Source: an uncultured SAR86 cluster bacterium
GTDB lineage: Bacteria; Pseudomonadota; Gammaproteobacteria; Magnimaribacterales; TMED112
Reading direction: 5' to 3'
Assembly: GCA_902526535.1 (NCBI GenBank)
Contig: CABZLG010000004.1
Location: forward strand, 1,815 to 65,814
Length of the DNA: 64,000 bases
The position numbers were made by a program, and so were the translations under genes. Of the stretch, positions 29,211 to 38,375 are shown piece after piece (positions within the stretch are counted from its first letter, which is position 1; each line of letters starts with the position of its first letter). The notes beneath the pieces are model-generated. The model was not told where the DNA came from, searched no databases, and saw nothing but the letters and a program-made list of their open reading frames with translations.

Positions 29211-29671
29211 TGTTAATAGATATTACTGAAATAGAAAAGACAAAAAAAATTGCAGCAAATTTTGCAAATCTTATCAAGTGTAATAAGACTTTCTTTGCTT
29301 TTTATTTGAACGGCAATTTAGGGGCGGGCAAAACAACATTTGTAAGATTCTGTTTAGAGGCTTTAGGGTGGCAAGGCAAAGTAAAGAGTCCAACTTTTGG
29401 TTTGATTGAAGAATATCAAGTGCAATCAATTAAATTAATTCATACAGATCTTTATAGGTTGAACTCTCCAGATGAATTTGATTATTTTGGAGTAGATTTA
29501 GATTTTCAATTGCATGGGGCTATATTCATTGAGTGGCCAGAAAAAATAGAAAAGTTTGATTGCAAAAATGAAATAGATTTTCAATTTGAAAACTCAAAAT
29601 TGAAAAGGGTAGTCAAGATCACTTCAAATAATAGTGAAATATCAAGTCACATTAATAGGATCGACGTCTAG
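29210..29671 (+). CDS. tsaE: tRNA t6A37 biosynthesis ATPase TsaE
   Basis: 153 aa with a GTG start overlapping the upstream stop. P-loop GNLGAGKTTF followed by SPTF and HTDLYRL motifs. Confidence 0.85.
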   Translation: MLIDITEIEKTKKIAANFANLIKCNKTFFAFYLNGNLGAGKTTFVRFCLEALGWQGKVKSPTFGLIEEYQVQSIKLIHTDLYRLNSPDEFDYFGVDLDFQLHGAIFIEWPEKIEKFDCKNEIDFQFENSKLKRVVKITSNNSEISSHINRIDV

Positions 29672-31612
29672 TACCCAATGTGAGATAGTTCTTTTTTCTT
29701 TATCCAATGCATTAATTAATCCTAAAGCAGAATTATGTAAGTCTTTATCATTGCTAGATTGAATAATACAAAACATTCGATATTTATATCCAACCTTACT
29801 GACCGGTCCTTCAAATGGTCCATAAACCTCAACATTATTTTTCGAAAGCTTATCTTTTGCTCTAATTAGAAATTCATTTATCTTTTTCAAGTTACTATCT
29901 TCAGCCTTCAGATAAATAAGTTTTGTGAAAGGAAATAAATTTAATTTTTCTCTTTCGTTGAGGATATCTTCAGAAATTAGTTCATAGCTACCAGTTCTAA
30001 TTTTTTTAAAAAGAGGGTGATGTGCAATTCTTGACTGTAAAATAACTTCACTCTTGATGCCTGATCTACCTGCCCTTCCAGCTGCTTGAATGAGCAGTTG
30101 GACTGTTTGCTCTTGTAAATGGACATCTGCACCAAATAAACCAAAATCTAAATTTAACATTATTATTAAAGAAATTTTTTGAAAATCGTGCCCTTTGGCC
30201 AAAAGTTGAGTGCCAATTAAGATTTTAGGATTTTTATCTTCAATTTTTTCTAGAGTACTTTCTCTTCGCAATTTACCAGAAACTGAATCACTATCTATTC
30301 TCAAAATATCGATATTTGGAAATGTCTGTTTAAGATTTGATTCTACTTGTTGAGTTCCAACACCCTTTACCTCAAAATCATTTTTATTACATTCAGGACA
30401 ATTCTTTGGCAATCCCCATGAACTTTGACATCTATGGCATTTAAGTCGCCTTTCTTCCCTATGGTAAACTAAAGATGTATCACAGCAATTACTCTTTGCT
30501 ACCCAACCACAAGAATTGCATAGGAATACAGGAGCATAGCCTCTCCTGTTTATTAAAATTAGACTTTGGTTTCCAGCTTTATGATTTAAATTAATTTTGT
30601 TTATTAATGTCTCAGAAATGCCACCAACTAATTGTGCTTTATTAACTGATTCAATAAAAATATCTGGTGTTGGAGATTCTCCTATTCTTTTAAATAAGGT
30701 GGAGACATCAATTTCCTTATCTTTGGCTTTTTTTAACAATTTAAATGAAGGTGTTGCAGATGAATATATTATTTTTGAATTCTGATAAAGCTCTTTAACT
30801 AGTGTTTTTGCATCATATCTGAGTTTATCCTGTTGTTTAAATGATTGATCATGTTCCTCATCAAACACAATAATATTTGTATTTTTTGGCATTAAGAAGA
30901 GTGCTGATCGTGTTCCAACAATAATTTTTGGAGAATTTTTTTGGCAGTTAAGCCAAATTTTATATCTCTGCAATTCTGTAAGATTTGAATGGTATAAAAA
31001 TACATTTCCCCCAAAACTTTCTTTTAATTCCTCAAAAACTTTCGGGGCCAAGAAAATTTCTGGAACAAGAACAATTGCAGAATTATTTTTCTTAAATTCG
31101 TTATAAATAAGATGTTTATAAACTTCTGTTTTACCTGAAGAAGTTACTCCAAAAATTAGATGTTCTTGTTTATTAGATTTTTGAATATTTTTAACGACTA
31201 ATTTCTGCTCTTTTGTAAGCTTTTTAAAATGTTTATTAGTAATTGCAAACTGAGTATCATCAATTTTATATTTTTGTAATTCATCTGATTTCTTTGGTCT
31301 TCTTATAAGGTTTGGAATGAATAGAGTTAGCAACTCTCCCATTGGAAAAAAGAATTTTTGTGAAATTTCAACAATTCTTTTCAAGAAATTACTCTCGAAT
31401 AGGGGAGCTTCATCTAATACAGAAATTATTTGTTTGATTTTGAATTCTTCATCAATATGGCTGCACATTTGAACAACTACACCAACGATTTTTTTTCTGT
31501 GGAACTCAATGAAAACTCTTTTTCCTACAATATTTTTATTAGGAAGTAAGTTTTTATATGTAAAAGTTTTTCTAAGTGGGCGAGCAAGTGCTACTTTTAC
31601 AAATTTCATCAA
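29642..31612 (-). CDS. priA: primosomal replication restart helicase PriA
   Basis: 656 aa with helicase motifs (GVTSSGKTEVY, DEEHD) and the Cys-rich zinc-binding insertion (CNSCGW...CHRCQ...CPECN). Confidence 0.95.
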   Translation of the reverse strand: MMKFVKVALARPLRKTFTYKNLLPNKNIVGKRVFIEFHRKKIVGVVVQMCSHIDEEFKIKQIISVLDEAPLFESNFLKRIVEISQKFFFPMGELLTLFIPNLIRRPKKSDELQKYKIDDTQFAITNKHFKKLTKEQKLVVKNIQKSNKQEHLIFGVTSSGKTEVYKHLIYNEFKKNNSAIVLVPEIFLAPKVFEELKESFGGNVFLYHSNLTELQRYKIWLNCQKNSPKIIVGTRSALFLMPKNTNIIVFDEEHDQSFKQQDKLRYDAKTLVKELYQNSKIIYSSATPSFKLLKKAKDKEIDVSTLFKRIGESPTPDIFIESVNKAQLVGGISETLINKINLNHKAGNQSLILINRRGYAPVFLCNSCGWVAKSNCCDTSLVYHREERRLKCHRCQSSWGLPKNCPECNKNDFEVKGVGTQQVESNLKQTFPNIDILRIDSDSVSGKLRRESTLEKIEDKNPKILIGTQLLAKGHDFQKISLIIMLNLDFGLFGADVHLQEQTVQLLIQAAGRAGRSGIKSEVILQSRIAHHPLFKKIRTGSYELISEDILNEREKLNLFPFTKLIYLKAEDSNLKKINEFLIRAKDKLSKNNVEVYGPFEGPVSKVGYKYRMFCIIQSSNDKDLHNSALGLINALDKEKRTISHWVLDVDPINVT

Positions 31613-31664
31613 TTTATTGTAATAGAAAATTTATTTGATATTATTTCCTTCACAATTTTGTTAT

Positions 31665-31916
31665 ATGAAAAAAGATATACATCCAGAATATAGAGAGGTT
31701 TTATTTCATGATACCAGCGTGGATAAATATTTCCTTATTCGATCAACACTTAAAACGACCCAGACTAAAGAATGGGAGGACGGAAAAACATATCCTTACT
31801 ATGCTATTGAAACATCTTCAGCATCTCACCCCTTTTATACTGGTCAACAGAAAATTCTTGATACAGGTGGCAGAGTTCAAAGGTTCGAGAAAAAATTTGG
31901 AAAAAAATCTAACTAA
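31665..31916 (+). CDS. rpmE: 50S ribosomal protein L31, type B (Cys-less, zinc-independent form)
   Basis: Trimmed to the ATG at 31665 ([12 protein letters not shown]...HPFYTG...[12 protein letters not shown]), giving 83 aa with no cysteine. It is divergent from priA, as rpmE is in E. coli. Confidence 0.9.
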   Translation: MKKDIHPEYREVLFHDTSVDKYFLIRSTLKTTQTKEWEDGKTYPYYAIETSSASHPFYTGQQKILDTGGRVQRFEKKFGKKSN

Positions 31917-32361
31917 TTCCAGTGCTGCCAAATCCCTTACCACCTCGATCTGATAAGTTAAATTCCTCAACTTGCTCTAGTTGAACTTGATTAACTCTTA
32001 TTACCACAAGTTGAGCTACACGATCCCCAGGAGTTATCTCTATATCTTCGTTTGATCTATTCCATAATGAAATCCCAAGAGGACCTTGATAGTCGGAATC
32101 AATTAAACCTGTAAGGTTTCCACAAACTAATCCTTTTTTTGCGCCAAGTCCTGACCTTGGTATGATTATGCCAGCAAATTCTGGATCCTCTATATGAATT
32201 GAAATTCCAGACTGAATAATAATAGAATCGTGTGGTCTGAGTACGAGCTTTTCCTCATTGCAAGCAATTAAATCCATTCCAGCTGAACCAGTAGTTTGAT
32301 ATTTTGGCATATCAAATTCTGTTCCAATTCTTTGGTCTAAAATCTTAAATTTGAGCTTCAT
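31909..32361 (-). CDS. dut: dUTP diphosphatase
   Basis: 150 aa with dUTPase motifs [20 protein letters not shown] and [10 protein letters not shown]. Confidence 0.95.
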   Translation of the reverse strand: MKLKFKILDQRIGTEFDMPKYQTTGSAGMDLIACNEEKLVLRPHDSIIIQSGISIHIEDPEFAGIIIPRSGLGAKKGLVCGNLTGLIDSDYQGPLGISLWNRSNEDIEITPGDRVAQLVVIRVNQVQLEQVEEFNLSDRGGKGFGSTGIS

Positions 32362-32416
32362 CGATAAATGTAAATTATTGCATAAAATAGATTACTATTT
32401 TATCATTTGCGTTCTT

Positions 32417-32653
32417 ATGAGTAAGGTTTGTCAAATTACAGGGAAAAAAGCAATGGTAGGGAATCATGTCTCTCACGCAAAAAACCGTGTAAAAAGATTA
32501 TTTAAACCAAACCTTCACAAACATAAATTTTGGGTCGAGTCAGAAAAAAAATTCATCACCTTAACGGTATCAGCAAAAGGAATGAGAATTATTGATAAAA
32601 ATGGCATTGATACTGTTCTTAAAGATCTAAGATCTAAAGGTATTAAAATCTAA
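32417..32653 (+). CDS. rpmB: 50S ribosomal protein L28
   Basis: Trimmed to the ATG at 32417 ([33 protein letters not shown]...), giving 78 aa. Confidence 0.95.
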   Translation: MSKVCQITGKKAMVGNHVSHAKNRVKRLFKPNLHKHKFWVESEKKFITLTVSAKGMRIIDKNGIDTVLKDLRSKGIKI

Positions 32654-32655
32654 TA

Positions 32656-33228
32656 GTGCTACTGCTTGCTTCTGCATCAGCTAGAAGAACAGAGCTTCTT
32701 GATTTGATTAACATTAAACATAAAGTAGTCAAACAAGACTTTGATGAATCTTCAATAATTGAAAATGACCCAATTGAATGCTCTAAACTAATTGTAAAAG
32801 GGAAGAATCAAAGTGCCAGGTCTCTATTAAATGACAAAGATTTAGAGTATCCAGTTTTAACAGCAGATACGCTTGTATTTTCTACTGATAAAAAAATATA
32901 TGGAAAACCAAAAAATTATGAAGCAAATATAGCTATGCTTAAAGAATTTTCAGGAAAAGAGCATAGTGTTTTTACATCAGTAATGATTACAACTAAAGAA
33001 AAAATAGTTACGAAGACTTGTGAAACAAGGGTAGCTTTCTGTGAAATGTCAGAAGAAGAAATAAATGATTATGTTTATTCTGATGATGGCTTAGAAAAGG
33101 CTGGAGGTTACGGAATACACGGACCTGCAGGAAAATTTATAGCGAAAATAAATGGAAGTTATACCAATGTAGTTGGACTTCCAGTTTATGAAACTTATGA
33201 GCTAATTAAAGGAATACAAAGAAGTTAA
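32656..33228 (+). CDS. maf: Maf-family nucleoside triphosphate pyrophosphatase
   Basis: 190 aa with a GTG start. Motifs are LLASASARR..LL, TADTLV and KAGGYGIHG. Confidence 0.85.
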   Translation: MLLLASASARRTELLDLINIKHKVVKQDFDESSIIENDPIECSKLIVKGKNQSARSLLNDKDLEYPVLTADTLVFSTDKKIYGKPKNYEANIAMLKEFSGKEHSVFTSVMITTKEKIVTKTCETRVAFCEMSEEEINDYVYSDDGLEKAGGYGIHGPAGKFIAKINGSYTNVVGLPVYETYELIKGIQRS

Positions 33229-34316
33229 TTCTTATTAGCAAACTCAATAATCTTATTCTTAATTTTTGGAGTACTATCTAAAAATTTCATTCCACTATCA
33301 AGTAAAATTTTCATAAAACCTCTAGAATTTGAAAACATTGCATATAGTGATTGAATAATCCATGTCATCTGGATATTTTTTTGAGTTCTAATATTTGAAT
33401 AAGCTGATATGGCATCATCTTCTAAAGCTATAATTTCTTTAAGATTTTTCTCAATCTCAATAATATCTCCTATACCAAGGTTCAAGCCTTGGCCTGCCAT
33501 AGGATGAAATGAATTTGCAGCATCACCACATAGAAAAACTCCATCCTTATATAATTTTTTTGCCCTTGAATGGCTTAATTCTGCAGAATTTTTTAGCGAA
33601 ATATTACTGAGATTGAGTTTAATTTGAAAATTCTTAAAAATTTTTTTTAGTTCAGTTTCAGGATTTTCTTTTGAATTGGTGCAAAAAATTACTGAATAAT
33701 ATTTCTTTTTACCAAGGTTAATTGGCAAGAAAGCCAAAGTACCTGTTTCAAGAAAATATTGTTTGGCCTCGAAGTTGTGGCTTGCCTCTATTAAGAAAGT
33801 ATATGCCTTTTGATCATAGAACCATTTTTCAATATCAAAATTTATTAATTCACGAACTTTTGAATTACTGCCGTCAGTTGCAAAAACAACATCAGCAATA
33901 ATATTTTTTGTCCCAGTTATTTCAATTTTGTTTTCCTTAGAGTCTATTTGTTGAATTTCATTGTTCCAAATAATATCGTCTTTAAGTTCATCTATTAAAT
34001 TTTTATTTAGCCAGTCAAGAAGACATATGCTTGTGAGCTTATCTATCTCATCAGATTTTAATATCAGATTCTTTTTTGACTCATGAAATAAAGACATCTT
34101 ACTTACAGGAGTTGAACATTTATTTATATCTATATCAGGAAATAGTTTATTTAACAGAATTATTGACTGCTTGGTTAATGCTACAGTTCGATCTCCTTTT
34201 TTTTGATATTTAGGTGACCTTTCAAGAATTTTGAATGGGATGCTATTATTTTTTAATATTTTCCCTAATAAGCATCCAATTACACCCGCGCCTACTACTA
34301 CTACCTGCTTATGCAT
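33225..34316 (-). CDS. FAD-dependent ubiquinone-biosynthesis hydroxylase (UbiH/UbiF/VisC family)
   Basis: 363 aa with the GAGVIG dinucleotide-binding motif and GDAANSFHPMAGQGLNLG. It lies immediately downstream of pepP, as in the E. coli pepP-ubiH-visC operon. Confidence 0.8.
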   Translation of the reverse strand: MHKQVVVVGAGVIGCLLGKILKNNSIPFKILERSPKYQKKGDRTVALTKQSIILLNKLFPDIDINKCSTPVSKMSLFHESKKNLILKSDEIDKLTSICLLDWLNKNLIDELKDDIIWNNEIQQIDSKENKIEITGTKNIIADVVFATDGSNSKVRELINFDIEKWFYDQKAYTFLIEASHNFEAKQYFLETGTLAFLPINLGKKKYYSVIFCTNSKENPETELKKIFKNFQIKLNLSNISLKNSAELSHSRAKKLYKDGVFLCGDAANSFHPMAGQGLNLGIGDIIEIEKNLKEIIALEDDAISAYSNIRTQKNIQMTWIIQSLYAMFSNSRGFMKILLDSGMKFLDSTPKIKNKIIEFANKN

Positions 34317-34318
34317 TT

Positions 34319-35620
34319 TTAAGCCATTAATTTTTCGATTTCATCTGGAGAAGACGGCGCTTCATCAGTTAAATTAACAGGTCCTTTGTCTGTTGACAGA
34401 ATATCGTCTTCAATTCTGATTCCAATACCTTTCCACTTTGAATCTACAGGTGCTGACTCATTAATATATATGCCTGGCTCAATTGTCATAATCATATTCT
34501 CCTTAAATTTAATTTCTTCATTTTTAAATGTGTAAGGACTATCGTCATGGACATCTAGCCCAATCCAATGACCGATTTTATGATAATAAAATTCCCTAAA
34601 TAATTTCTTTTCAAGAATTTCTTCTAGTGGCTCTTTTAAAAAACCAAGATCCTTTAATCCTTGTGAAATTACTTCTTCTGAGGTTTTTTGGGGATTCATA
34701 CATGAATTTCCTACAACAATAGCTTCAGTAGATTTCTTATGTGCTTCTAAAACAACTTCATAAATTGCTTTTTGCTCTGCTGAAAATTTTCCACTAATAG
34801 GAAATGTTCTTGTTATGTCAGAAGCGTAGTAATTATATTCACAACCTGCATCTACTAAAACTAGATCAGATTCCTTAATAGTTTGATTGTTTTCAATGTA
34901 ATGAAGAATGCATGCATTACTTCCACCTGCAACAATTGGGGTATACGAAGGAAAACTCGAGCCCCCTTCCCTAAAATGATTTAAATATAAACTTTCTATT
35001 TCAAATTCTGACATACCTTTCTTTACACTCATCAAGACCTTTTTATGCGCTTTTGCAGCAATTTCACAAGATTTTCTCATCAAACTTAATTCATGTTCAT
35101 CTTTTATAAGTCTCATCATCCCAAGTTCATTTGAGAAATTTTTTATGTCAATATTTGCCTGATGTCTCTCGAGATTATTTGCCTTATTTACCCATGAGCT
35201 AACAGAAGCATCAAAGTTTTTATCTTTACCAATTAAACAATAAAGATTTGTTTTTCCCTTAATCATTTCAGGAATCAAATTTTCTTTTTCTGTAATATCA
35301 AAACATTCGTCAAATCCAAAGGTTTTTTTCGCACCATCAACCCCATGCATAAACCCGTCCCATTTTTCTAATTCAAGATTTCTTTCTCTACAAAAGAGCG
35401 TTGATTTGCCATTATTTTCTATCATTATTAACGAATCAGGCTCAACAAAGCCAGATAAATAAAAAAAGTTACTATCTTGTCGAAAAAAATAACTGGAATC
35501 ATTGTTTCTAAATTTGAGATTTGCGGAGTTAATTAAAAAGCATGAGTTGCTTTCCATAAGTTTTGAAATCTCTTTTCTTCTTTTTACGTATGTTTTATTG
35601 TTAAAATCATCCATTAGCAC
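34319..35620 (-). CDS. pepP: Xaa-Pro aminopeptidase
   Basis: 433 aa with M24B metal-ligand motifs (DAGCEY..YASDITRT, HWIGLDVHD, EPGIY, IRIEDD). Confidence 0.9.
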   Translation of the reverse strand: MLMDDFNNKTYVKRRKEISKLMESNSCFLINSANLKFRNNDSSYFFRQDSNFFYLSGFVEPDSLIMIENNGKSTLFCRERNLELEKWDGFMHGVDGAKKTFGFDECFDITEKENLIPEMIKGKTNLYCLIGKDKNFDASVSSWVNKANNLERHQANIDIKNFSNELGMMRLIKDEHELSLMRKSCEIAAKAHKKVLMSVKKGMSEFEIESLYLNHFREGGSSFPSYTPIVAGGSNACILHYIENNQTIKESDLVLVDAGCEYNYYASDITRTFPISGKFSAEQKAIYEVVLEAHKKSTEAIVVGNSCMNPQKTSEEVISQGLKDLGFLKEPLEEILEKKLFREFYYHKIGHWIGLDVHDDSPYTFKNEEIKFKENMIMTIEPGIYINESAPVDSKWKGIGIRIEDDILSTDKGPVNLTDEAPSSPDEIEKLMA

Positions 35621-35628
35621 GTAATATT

Positions 35629-35808
35629 ATGCATGAAAAAATCAAAAATTTATCAGAACTTGTAGATAAACTCATAGAGCTTAACTTCAAGGTAAAAACA
35701 GAAAATAAATCGCTCGAGGGGAAAATAACTGAACTAGAACAAAAAATTTCTAATTTAGTTAAGGAAAATCAACTATTAGTAATAGATTCAAAAGATAAGA
35801 ATGAGTGA
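35629..35808 (+). CDS. small coiled-coil protein (59 aa; possible TIGR02449/ZapB-like), below the ORF-track length cutoff
   Basis: Hand translation gives MHEKIKNLSELVDKLIELNFKVKTENKSLEGKITELEQKISNLVKENQLLVIDSKDKNE. It is heptad-like and divergent from pepP, where Pseudomonas carries a small coiled-coil gene next to zapA/6S RNA. The stop overlaps the next gene's start (ATGAGTGA). Confidence 0.4.
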   Translation: MHEKIKNLSELVDKLIELNFKVKTENKSLEGKITELEQKISNLVKENQLLVIDSKDKNE

Positions 35809-36835
35809 GCAATTTTCTGGAACTAAAGAAGTATCAGAGAAGCTGGCATTTAATCTTGAAGATTTAAATATTTATTTAGAAAAAAAAGATATTAATATTG
35901 GAAACATATTAAGATATGAACAATTTAAGGGTGGTCAATCTAACCCAACATATCTTTTAATCACAGAAAATAACAATTATGTTTTAAGAAGAAAGCCACC
36001 AGGTAAGCTACTTAAATCTGCACATGCTGTTGATAGAGAATATAAAGTCTTAACATCACTTCAAAATACAGAAGTACCTACTCCTAAAACAATTCATCTT
36101 TGTGAAGATGAATCAGTAATAGGAACAATTTTTTACATAATGGAATTTTGTGATGGGAATATTTTTTGGGATCCATTTGCATCTGAAATTGATAAGGGAA
36201 GAAGGTCACTTGTCTTTGATCAACTTAATCAAGGAATATCTCTTTTACACATTCAAGATATTAAAACTTTAGAGCTTGAAGATTTTGGAAAAACTGGAAA
36301 TTATATTGAACGTCAAGTCTCTAGATGGACAAAACAATATTTTGATTCAGAGACAGAGAAAATTGAGTCAATGCATAAGCTAATTGAATGGCTACCTAAA
36401 AGAATTCCTAAACAAAAATATGTTTCCATTGTCCATGGTGATTATCGATTAGATAATGTGGTTTTTGATAATAATGACAATAATATTGCCATTTTAGACT
36501 GGGAGCTTTCGACACTTGGAGATCCTCTTGCTGACTTTGGCTATCATTGTCTGTTGTGGCATATAGGAAAGATTGATAATGATGTTGCCAAAGGGTTAGG
36601 AATACCAAATGAGGATGAATACCTGAAAAAATATCTTTCCAGAACGAAAATGCAGCTTGATAGTGATTGGGAATTCTATATTATTTTCTCACTTTTCAAA
36701 GTAGCTGGTATATGTCAAGGAATCCTTGGAAGAGTAAGGGATGGAACTGCTGCAAGTGAATTTGCCATACAAATGGGGAAAAGAGCTATAGAATATGCTA
36801 ACTTGGGCTGGGAAAAAGCAAAAAATATAAGTTGA
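35801..36835 (+). CDS. aminoglycoside-phosphotransferase-fold kinase family protein (APH/ChoK-like)
   Basis: 344 aa with the catalytic-loop motif HGDYRLDN, followed by ILDWELSTLGDP. Confidence 0.8.
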   Translation: MSEQFSGTKEVSEKLAFNLEDLNIYLEKKDINIGNILRYEQFKGGQSNPTYLLITENNNYVLRRKPPGKLLKSAHAVDREYKVLTSLQNTEVPTPKTIHLCEDESVIGTIFYIMEFCDGNIFWDPFASEIDKGRRSLVFDQLNQGISLLHIQDIKTLELEDFGKTGNYIERQVSRWTKQYFDSETEKIESMHKLIEWLPKRIPKQKYVSIVHGDYRLDNVVFDNNDNNIAILDWELSTLGDPLADFGYHCLLWHIGKIDNDVAKGLGIPNEDEYLKKYLSRTKMQLDSDWEFYIIFSLFKVAGICQGILGRVRDGTAASEFAIQMGKRAIEYANLGWEKAKNIS

Positions 36836-37617
36836 TGGATATTGAATTACTCTTAGACAAAATGTGGAAAATGTATACAAGCTATACTCCTTCAGCAAAT
36901 CAAATCTCAAAATTATTTAATGAAGAAATTACAAATGATCATATAGCTTTCCGAACTTTTAATACCGAGCATCTCAGTATAAACAGACAAGCAAAATTTC
37001 TTGAACAATATGGTTATTATCATGGAGGTGACTATGACTTTAAAGTTAAAAAACTTAAGGCAATTCATCTTGAAAATGATGACGAGAATAGACCTAAAAT
37101 ATTCTTATCCGAGCTCTTATGTGAAGAATTTTCTAATGAACTGCAAAATGTAGTAGATGAAATTTCAGAAAAAACTAAGGATTTATCTCCAGAAGAACTT
37201 TTGCTTGGCGGAAGAAAGTGGAATATTGATTTAGATGCATATAATAATTTAGCTAAAGAGTCAGAATATGCTTCTTGGCTGTATATTTGGGGCTTTTGTC
37301 CAAACCATTTTACCATTTCAGTTAATCATCTAGAAAATTTCTCCAGTTTGGTTGAAGTAAACAATCTTCTTAAAAAAAATAATTTCAAATTAAATACATC
37401 AGGAGGGGAAATAAAAGGATCAAAAGAGGAGCTTCTTGAACAATCATCAATACTCGCAGATGAGATGCCAGTATTTTTTGGAAACTCTAAACAAATTCTT
37501 CCAAGTTGTTATTATGAATTTGCAAAAAGGTATCCTGGTAAAGATGGCAAAACCTATCAAGGGTTTGTTGCAAAGTCAGCTGATAAAATTTTTGAAAGTA
37601 CGAATAAAAAAAATTAG
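36835..37617 (+). CDS. DUF1338-family (HglS/YdcJ-like) metal-dependent dioxygenase/decarboxylase candidate
   Basis: 260 aa. The ATG at 36835 overlaps the upstream stop (TGATG). Motifs NDHIAFRTF and NHFTISVNHL resemble the conserved His-containing DUF1338 strands, judged from memory. Confidence 0.55.
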   Translation: MDIELLLDKMWKMYTSYTPSANQISKLFNEEITNDHIAFRTFNTEHLSINRQAKFLEQYGYYHGGDYDFKVKKLKAIHLENDDENRPKIFLSELLCEEFSNELQNVVDEISEKTKDLSPEELLLGGRKWNIDLDAYNNLAKESEYASWLYIWGFCPNHFTISVNHLENFSSLVEVNNLLKKNNFKLNTSGGEIKGSKEELLEQSSILADEMPVFFGNSKQILPSCYYEFAKRYPGKDGKTYQGFVAKSADKIFESTNKKN

Positions 37618-38015
37618 TCTTTTATCTCTGAATAAGGAATTTTAATAAAATCATGCTTTTTTATATCTGGGTCGGGCATTTGATACCCTTCAATTATGGC
37701 TTCTTCACTGTTCCAATCAATAATATCTAAATCTAGAGTTCTAGGTGTAAATTTATTATTGGGATCTCTTATCCTTCCGCAATTTAACTCTATTTCTTTT
37801 AATTCAGAAAGAGTTTCTCTAAATGATAATTTAGTTTTGCATTTGAGCACCATATTTATAAATCTATTTCCGTCCATTCCAACCGGATCAGAATGATACT
37901 CTTTGCTCATTGACTCAATTTCAATAATATTTGAGTTATGAATCAAATCGATTCCTTTCTCAATATTTATTTGTGGCTTGATATTTGAACCAACTAATAC
38001 ATAAAACTTATTCAT
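37614..38015 (-). CDS. folK: 2-amino-4-hydroxy-6-hydroxymethyldihydropteridine diphosphokinase
   Basis: 133 aa with an HPPK-like N-terminus (YVLVGSNI), PRTLDLDII, and folB-folK adjacency. Confidence 0.8.
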   Translation of the reverse strand: MNKFYVLVGSNIKPQINIEKGIDLIHNSNIIEIESMSKEYHSDPVGMDGNRFINMVLKCKTKLSFRETLSELKEIELNCGRIRDPNNKFTPRTLDLDIIDWNSEEAIIEGYQMPDPDIKKHDFIKIPYSEIKD

Positions 38016-38370
38016 ATGATTTAGAGTTTCTCTCTATAATCACTCCGACATCTTTTGAAAATCTTAATGCACCAGGTTTTGAAACTCTTAGCTTAATCCA
38101 TTTAACTTTATATTCTTTAATGACCATCTCTGCTATTTTTTCAGCAAAAGTTTCAACAAGTTCAAATTTATTCTCTTCGACAAAAGAAATAATAGCTTTA
38201 GTTATAGATTTATAATCAGTGGCGGCTTCAATAGTATCTTTTTTAGCAGCAGCTGAGTTATCTTGGTTTATTTCATAGGAGATGCTAATTTTTTGTTTGA
38301 TTTTTTTCTCCCAATCAAAAATTCCAATTGTGCCCATTACTTCAAGGTCTTTTACGTAAATTTTATCCAT
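38008..38370 (-). CDS. folB: dihydroneopterin aldolase
   Basis: The start is set at the ATG at 38370 (MDKIYVKDLEVMGTIGIFDWEK...), which is preceded by a GGAGG Shine-Dalgarno. The ORF-track start at 38397 would overlap tsaD by 22 nt. FolB-like GxxxxE motif; 8-nt overlap with folK. Confidence 0.8.
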   Translation of the reverse strand: MDKIYVKDLEVMGTIGIFDWEKKIKQKISISYEINQDNSAAAKKDTIEAATDYKSITKAIISFVEENKFELVETFAEKIAEMVIKEYKVKWIKLRVSKPGALRFSKDVGVIIERNSKSYE

Positions 38371-38375
38371 GGTTA

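Noticed and set aside
31708-31953. 81-aa plus-strand ORF overlapping rpmE and the dut 3' end.
   Set aside because: It is an alternative frame of the clearly recognisable L31 gene and has no independent support.
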